Positions 21,335-24,000 of a stretch of 24,000 bases of DNA are shown piece by piece. The DNA comes from Arenimonas maotaiensis (GTDB lineage Bacteria > Pseudomonadota > Gammaproteobacteria > Xanthomonadales > Xanthomonadaceae). Both the position numbers and the translations under genes were made by a program. The DNA lies in the NCBI RefSeq assembly GCF_014638745.1, contig NZ_BMFO01000003.1:129052-153051 (forward strand), in the 5' to 3' direction. Position 1 is the first letter of the stretch, and each line of letters opens with the position of its first letter. The notes under the pieces were generated by a model. The model worked only from the letters and a program-made list of their open reading frames with translations. It did no database searches and was not told the origin of the DNA.

Positions 21335-21834
21335 CAGCCCGGCAACCGCCCGTAAGCGATCTCGCCCTCGTGATAGCACTCCAGTAGCCAGTCTCCGGTC
21401 TCGGACGACAGCCAGGCGTCGAAATCGGCGTCCAGCAATTCACGCAGATGCTGGCGAACGGCATCGGCGCGTAAGCGCAGGCCCGGCTTCAGGGCATTGC
21501 CCCAGACCAGCGTCAGGGCTTCGTCCGGCGCCGGCCACAGCGCCGTCAGCGTGGCCAGACACGCGGCATCGCGGGCCGTCGGATCCTGCCAGGGAATGCG
21601 CTCCGAACCCGGCACGGCCGCCCAGCGGATGCGGCCGATATCCCACGGAAAACGGCGGCCGAGCCAGCGCTCCCGCAGCTGCTCGGGCCAGATCAAGGCA
21701 TAGGGCGTGCCGGCGGCGTCCAAGGCCGCCAGCTCGTGGGCGACGGTCGCCCGGCAGGCGTCGCGTTCGCGCCGCGCCTGCAATTGGCGCCGTTTGGCCA
21801 GCAGTTCGCGGTGGCGGTCGTCGGGCGGGTTCAT
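21334..21834 (-). CDS. Hypothetical protein (166 aa), host-like GC
   Basis: I trimmed the listed ORF 21334..21960 to ATG 21832-21834 (MNPPDDRHRELLAKRRQLQ…), because the upstream 42 codons overlap the reductase gene. It lies 23 nt downstream of that gene's stop on the same strand. I recognise no motif. Confidence 0.55.
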   Translation of the reverse strand: MNPPDDRHRELLAKRRQLQARRERDACRATVAHELAALDAAGTPYALIWPEQLRERWLGRRFPWDIGRIRWAAVPGSERIPWQDPTARDAACLATLTALWPAPDEALTLVWGNALKPGLRLRADAVRQHLRELLDADFDAWLSSETGDWLLECYHEGEIAYGRLPG

Positions 21835-21857
21835 GGCGGACGCGCCGGAACGGCGAG

Positions 21858-22607
21858 CTATTTGCTCGACACGTACTTTTCGCGCCGGATGTGGTGCACC
21901 GACAGGCCGAATTCCTTCAGCGCCTCGAAGCAGGCGTCGACCATGTTCGGGTTGCCGCACAGATAGGCGATGTCGTGCGCGCCGTTCGGTGCCAATTCGG
22001 CCAGTTGCTCCTGCACGTAGCCGGTGCGGGCATCGGCAGTGGGATTTTCCGGCAATTTCCGCGAAAATGACGGCATAAAGCGGAATTTCGGGTTATCTTC
22101 AGCGAACTTGTAGAAATCTTCGCGGTAAATGAGGTCTTCTTCGCTGCGGGCGCCGAACAGCAGCACCACCTCCACGCCACGGCTGTCCATCAGCTGCTTG
22201 AGTTGCGGCAGCATGGCGCGGTACGGCGTCACGCCGGTGCCGGTGGCGATCAGGATATAGCGCGCGTTCTGGTCTTTGTCGTTCAGGCAGAACCGGCCGT
22301 ACGGGCCGCTGCACTGGATCTGCTGGCCGTCATCGAGCGCGGTGAACAGCGCCGAGGCCGCGCCGCCGGGCACGAAGCTGACCGCGATCTCGACGCTGTC
22401 GTTCACGCCGAAGGCGTGGTCGTGCTGGGTGGCCAACGAATAGCTGCGCTTGGTCGGGGTGCCGTCGGGGTAGTTGAAGTGCACCTGGATGAACTGGCCT
22501 GGGATGAAATCCAGGGCCTGGCCGTCGTCGCGGGTGAACTCCAGATGGCGGACGCTGGGCGCCAACATGCGGCTGCCGACGAGTTTCAGCGGGAAATGGT
22601 CTGCCAC
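21858..22607 (-). CDS. Ferredoxin-NADP(+) reductase-family flavoprotein (FAD/NAD(P)-binding oxidoreductase), 249 aa
   Basis: RSYSLA (RxYS FAD motif). ATGTGVTPY (NAD(P)-binding). YLCGNPNMV near the C-terminus. GTG start 22605-22607 with a GAGGAA ribosome-binding site. Confidence 0.9.
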   Translation of the reverse strand: MADHFPLKLVGSRMLAPSVRHLEFTRDDGQALDFIPGQFIQVHFNYPDGTPTKRSYSLATQHDHAFGVNDSVEIAVSFVPGGAASALFTALDDGQQIQCSGPYGRFCLNDKDQNARYILIATGTGVTPYRAMLPQLKQLMDSRGVEVVLLFGARSEEDLIYREDFYKFAEDNPKFRFMPSFSRKLPENPTADARTGYVQEQLAELAPNGAHDIAYLCGNPNMVDACFEALKEFGLSVHHIRREKYVSSK

Positions 22608-22622
22608 GGGCGGTTCCTCGGG

Positions 22623-22651
22623 TTCAGCTGGGGGTGCAAGCCCGATATACT
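22623..22651 (+). promoter_or_regulatory. Candidate sigma70 promoter of yadGH: TTCAGC-N17-TATACT
   Basis: -35-like hexamer at 22623-22628 and -10-like hexamer at 22646-22651, 38 nt upstream of ATG 22690. This is pattern only. It overlaps AT-rich sequence that could also serve the divergent reductase gene. Confidence 0.35.
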
Positions 22652-22689
22652 AAGCGTTCTGACGAAAGTTTGCCGTCTACGGAATCCCG

Positions 22690-23616
22690 ATGACCCAGCC
22701 CGCGCTTGCCATCCAATCCTTGCACAAGACCTACGACAACGGCGTGAAGGCGCTGAAGGGCGTCTCGCTCGAGGTCGCGCCCGGCGATTTCTTCGCCCTG
22801 CTGGGCCCGAACGGCGCCGGCAAATCGACCCTGATCGGCGTGGTCAGCTCGCTGGTCAACCCGAGTTCGGGCTCGGTGTCGGTGTTCGGCATCGACCTGA
22901 TGGCCGACCGCTCGGGCGCCATGCGCCAGATCGGCCTGGTGCCGCAGGAAATCAACTTCAACATGTTCGAGAAGCCGATCGACATCCTGGTCAATTACGC
23001 CGGCTTCTACGGCGTGCCGCGCGCCGAGGCGCTGCTGCGCGCCGAGAAGCAGCTGAAGGCCGCCCAGCTGTGGGAGAAGGCCGAGGTGATGAGCCGCACC
23101 CTGTCCGGCGGCATGAAGCGCCGGTTGATGATCGCCCGCGCGATGATGACCGAACCCAAGCTGCTGATCCTGGACGAGCCGACCGCCGGCGTCGACATCG
23201 AGATCCGCCGCGGCATGTGGAAGACCCTGCAGGAAGTGAACGCGGCCGGCACCACGGTGATCCTGACCACGCACTACCTGGAAGAGGCCGAGAGCCTGTG
23301 CCGCAACCTGGCCATCATCGACAAAGGCACCATCATCGAACAGGGGCCGATGAAAGCCCTGCTCGCCAAGCTGGATGTGGAAGGCTTCGTGCTCGACATC
23401 GACGGCGGACTGCCGGCCGAATTGCCGGCCATCGCCGGCGTCGAGCTGAAAGCCGCCGACAGCCACACCCTGGTGGCCGAAAAGCCGCGCGACCTGCCGC
23501 TGAACGACCTGTTCGAGGCGCTGGCCCGGGCCGGCATCACCGTGCGTTCGATGCGCAACCAGAGCAACCGGCTGGAAGAGCTGTTCGTGCGCCTGACCGC
23601 GAAGGAGGCCGCATGA
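22690..23616 (+). CDS. yadG: ABC transporter ATP-binding protein YadG (308 aa)
   Basis: Same length as E. coli YadG and near-collinear with it as I remember it (…LLGPNGAGKST…LVPQE.NFN.FE…LSGGMKRRLMIARA…EPKLLILDEPTAGVDIE.RR.MW…GTT.ILTTHYLEEAE.LCRN…RLEELFV). Confidence 0.9.
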   Translation: MTQPALAIQSLHKTYDNGVKALKGVSLEVAPGDFFALLGPNGAGKSTLIGVVSSLVNPSSGSVSVFGIDLMADRSGAMRQIGLVPQEINFNMFEKPIDILVNYAGFYGVPRAEALLRAEKQLKAAQLWEKAEVMSRTLSGGMKRRLMIARAMMTEPKLLILDEPTAGVDIEIRRGMWKTLQEVNAAGTTVILTTHYLEEAESLCRNLAIIDKGTIIEQGPMKALLAKLDVEGFVLDIDGGLPAELPAIAGVELKAADSHTLVAEKPRDLPLNDLFEALARAGITVRSMRNQSNRLEELFVRLTAKEAA

Positions 23617-24000
23617 GCCCGAACGCCACCGCCTTCGTCACCGTCGCCCGGCGCGAAGTGGCGCGCATCCTGCGCATCTGGGGTCAGACCCTGGTGCCGC
23701 CGGCGATCACCATGACCCTGTACTTCCTGATCTTCGGCAAGCTGATCGGCTCGCGCATCGGCGACATGGGCGGCTTCGACTACATGGACTTCATCGTGCC
23801 CGGCCTGGTGATGATGTCGGTGATCCAGAACGCCTACGGCAACATCAGCTCCAGCTTCTTCGGCGCCAAGTTCGGCCGCCACATCGAGGAGCTGCTGGTC
23901 AGCCCGATGCCCAACTACGTGATCCTGGCCGGCTACGTGGCCGGCGGCGTGCTGCGCGGCCTGATGGTCGGCCTGATCGTGCTGGCCATCGCCATGGCCT
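23613..24000 (+). CDS. yadH: ABC-2 transporter permease YadH, 3' end cut by window edge
   Basis: This ORF is not in the track because it runs off the window. My translation from ATG 23613 (ATGA overlap with the yadG stop) gives MSPNATAFVTVARREVARILRIWGQTLVPPAITMTLYFLIFGKLIGSRIGDMGGFDYMDFIVPGLVMMSVIQNAYGNISSSFFGAKFGRHIEELLVSP…, which matches the YadH pattern. Confidence 0.85.
   Translation, partial: MSPNATAFVTVARREVARILRIWGQTLVPPAITMTLYFLIFGKLIGSRIGDMGGFDYMDFIVPGLVMMSVIQNAYGNISSSFFGAKFGRHIEELLVSPMPNYVILAGYVAGGVLRGLMVGLIVLAIAMA

Noticed and set aside
17445-21335. Calling the islet a mobile element (IS, transposon, integrative element)
   Set aside because: It has no transposase, integrase or recombinase ORF, no terminal inverted repeats and no adjacent tRNA. 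The only border similarity (CATTTTTGTT at ~17515 versus CATTTTGTT at ~21309) is too short and imperfect. It is reported as a compositional island only.
1-24000. tRNA, rRNA, CRISPR arrays and integron attC-like sites
   Set aside because: The non-coding stretches are all 180 nt or shorter. None shows cloverleaf-compatible stems, regularly spaced direct repeats or rRNA-like conserved blocks on either strand.

Overview
This is a densely coding, high-GC window (about 65-70% by hand counts on sampled 60-nt lines). Gene content and composition suggest a Xanthomonadales/Lysobacterales-type gammaproteobacterial chromosome, which is an inference. I support 21 protein-coding genes. I saw no rRNA or tRNA, no CRISPR array, and no transposase or integrase. 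Left third: an M61 peptidase (5' partial), ychJ, a 956-aa TonB-dependent receptor, a divergent lipoprotein with a TonB C-terminal domain, and ybcJ. Middle: a 973-aa fusion of an APH-type kinase, a degenerate M23-like segment and a class-III aminotransferase, then a periplasmic beta-propeller sensor diguanylate cyclase. A translationally coupled minus-strand operon follows, fronted by a perfect 18-bp palindrome. It encodes two paralogous 4-TM proteins, a 63-aa XRE regulator, a secreted S33 alpha/beta hydrolase and a NatAB-like ABC exporter, with a glycosyltransferase downstream. Right third: a compositionally foreign insert of about 3.9 kb (17.5-21.3 kb). It carries an intact MmeI-family single-chain Type IIL restriction-modification enzyme whose presumed target-recognition segment sits in a sharp GC trough, plus a toxin-first DUF4258 / zinc-less MqsA-like pair. 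After the insert come a hypothetical gene, an FNR-family reductase and yadG/yadH (3' partial). Most remaining ORFs in the six-frame track are GC-shadow artefacts or over-extended N-termini. All homology statements come from motif and pattern recognition by eye; no database search was possible.
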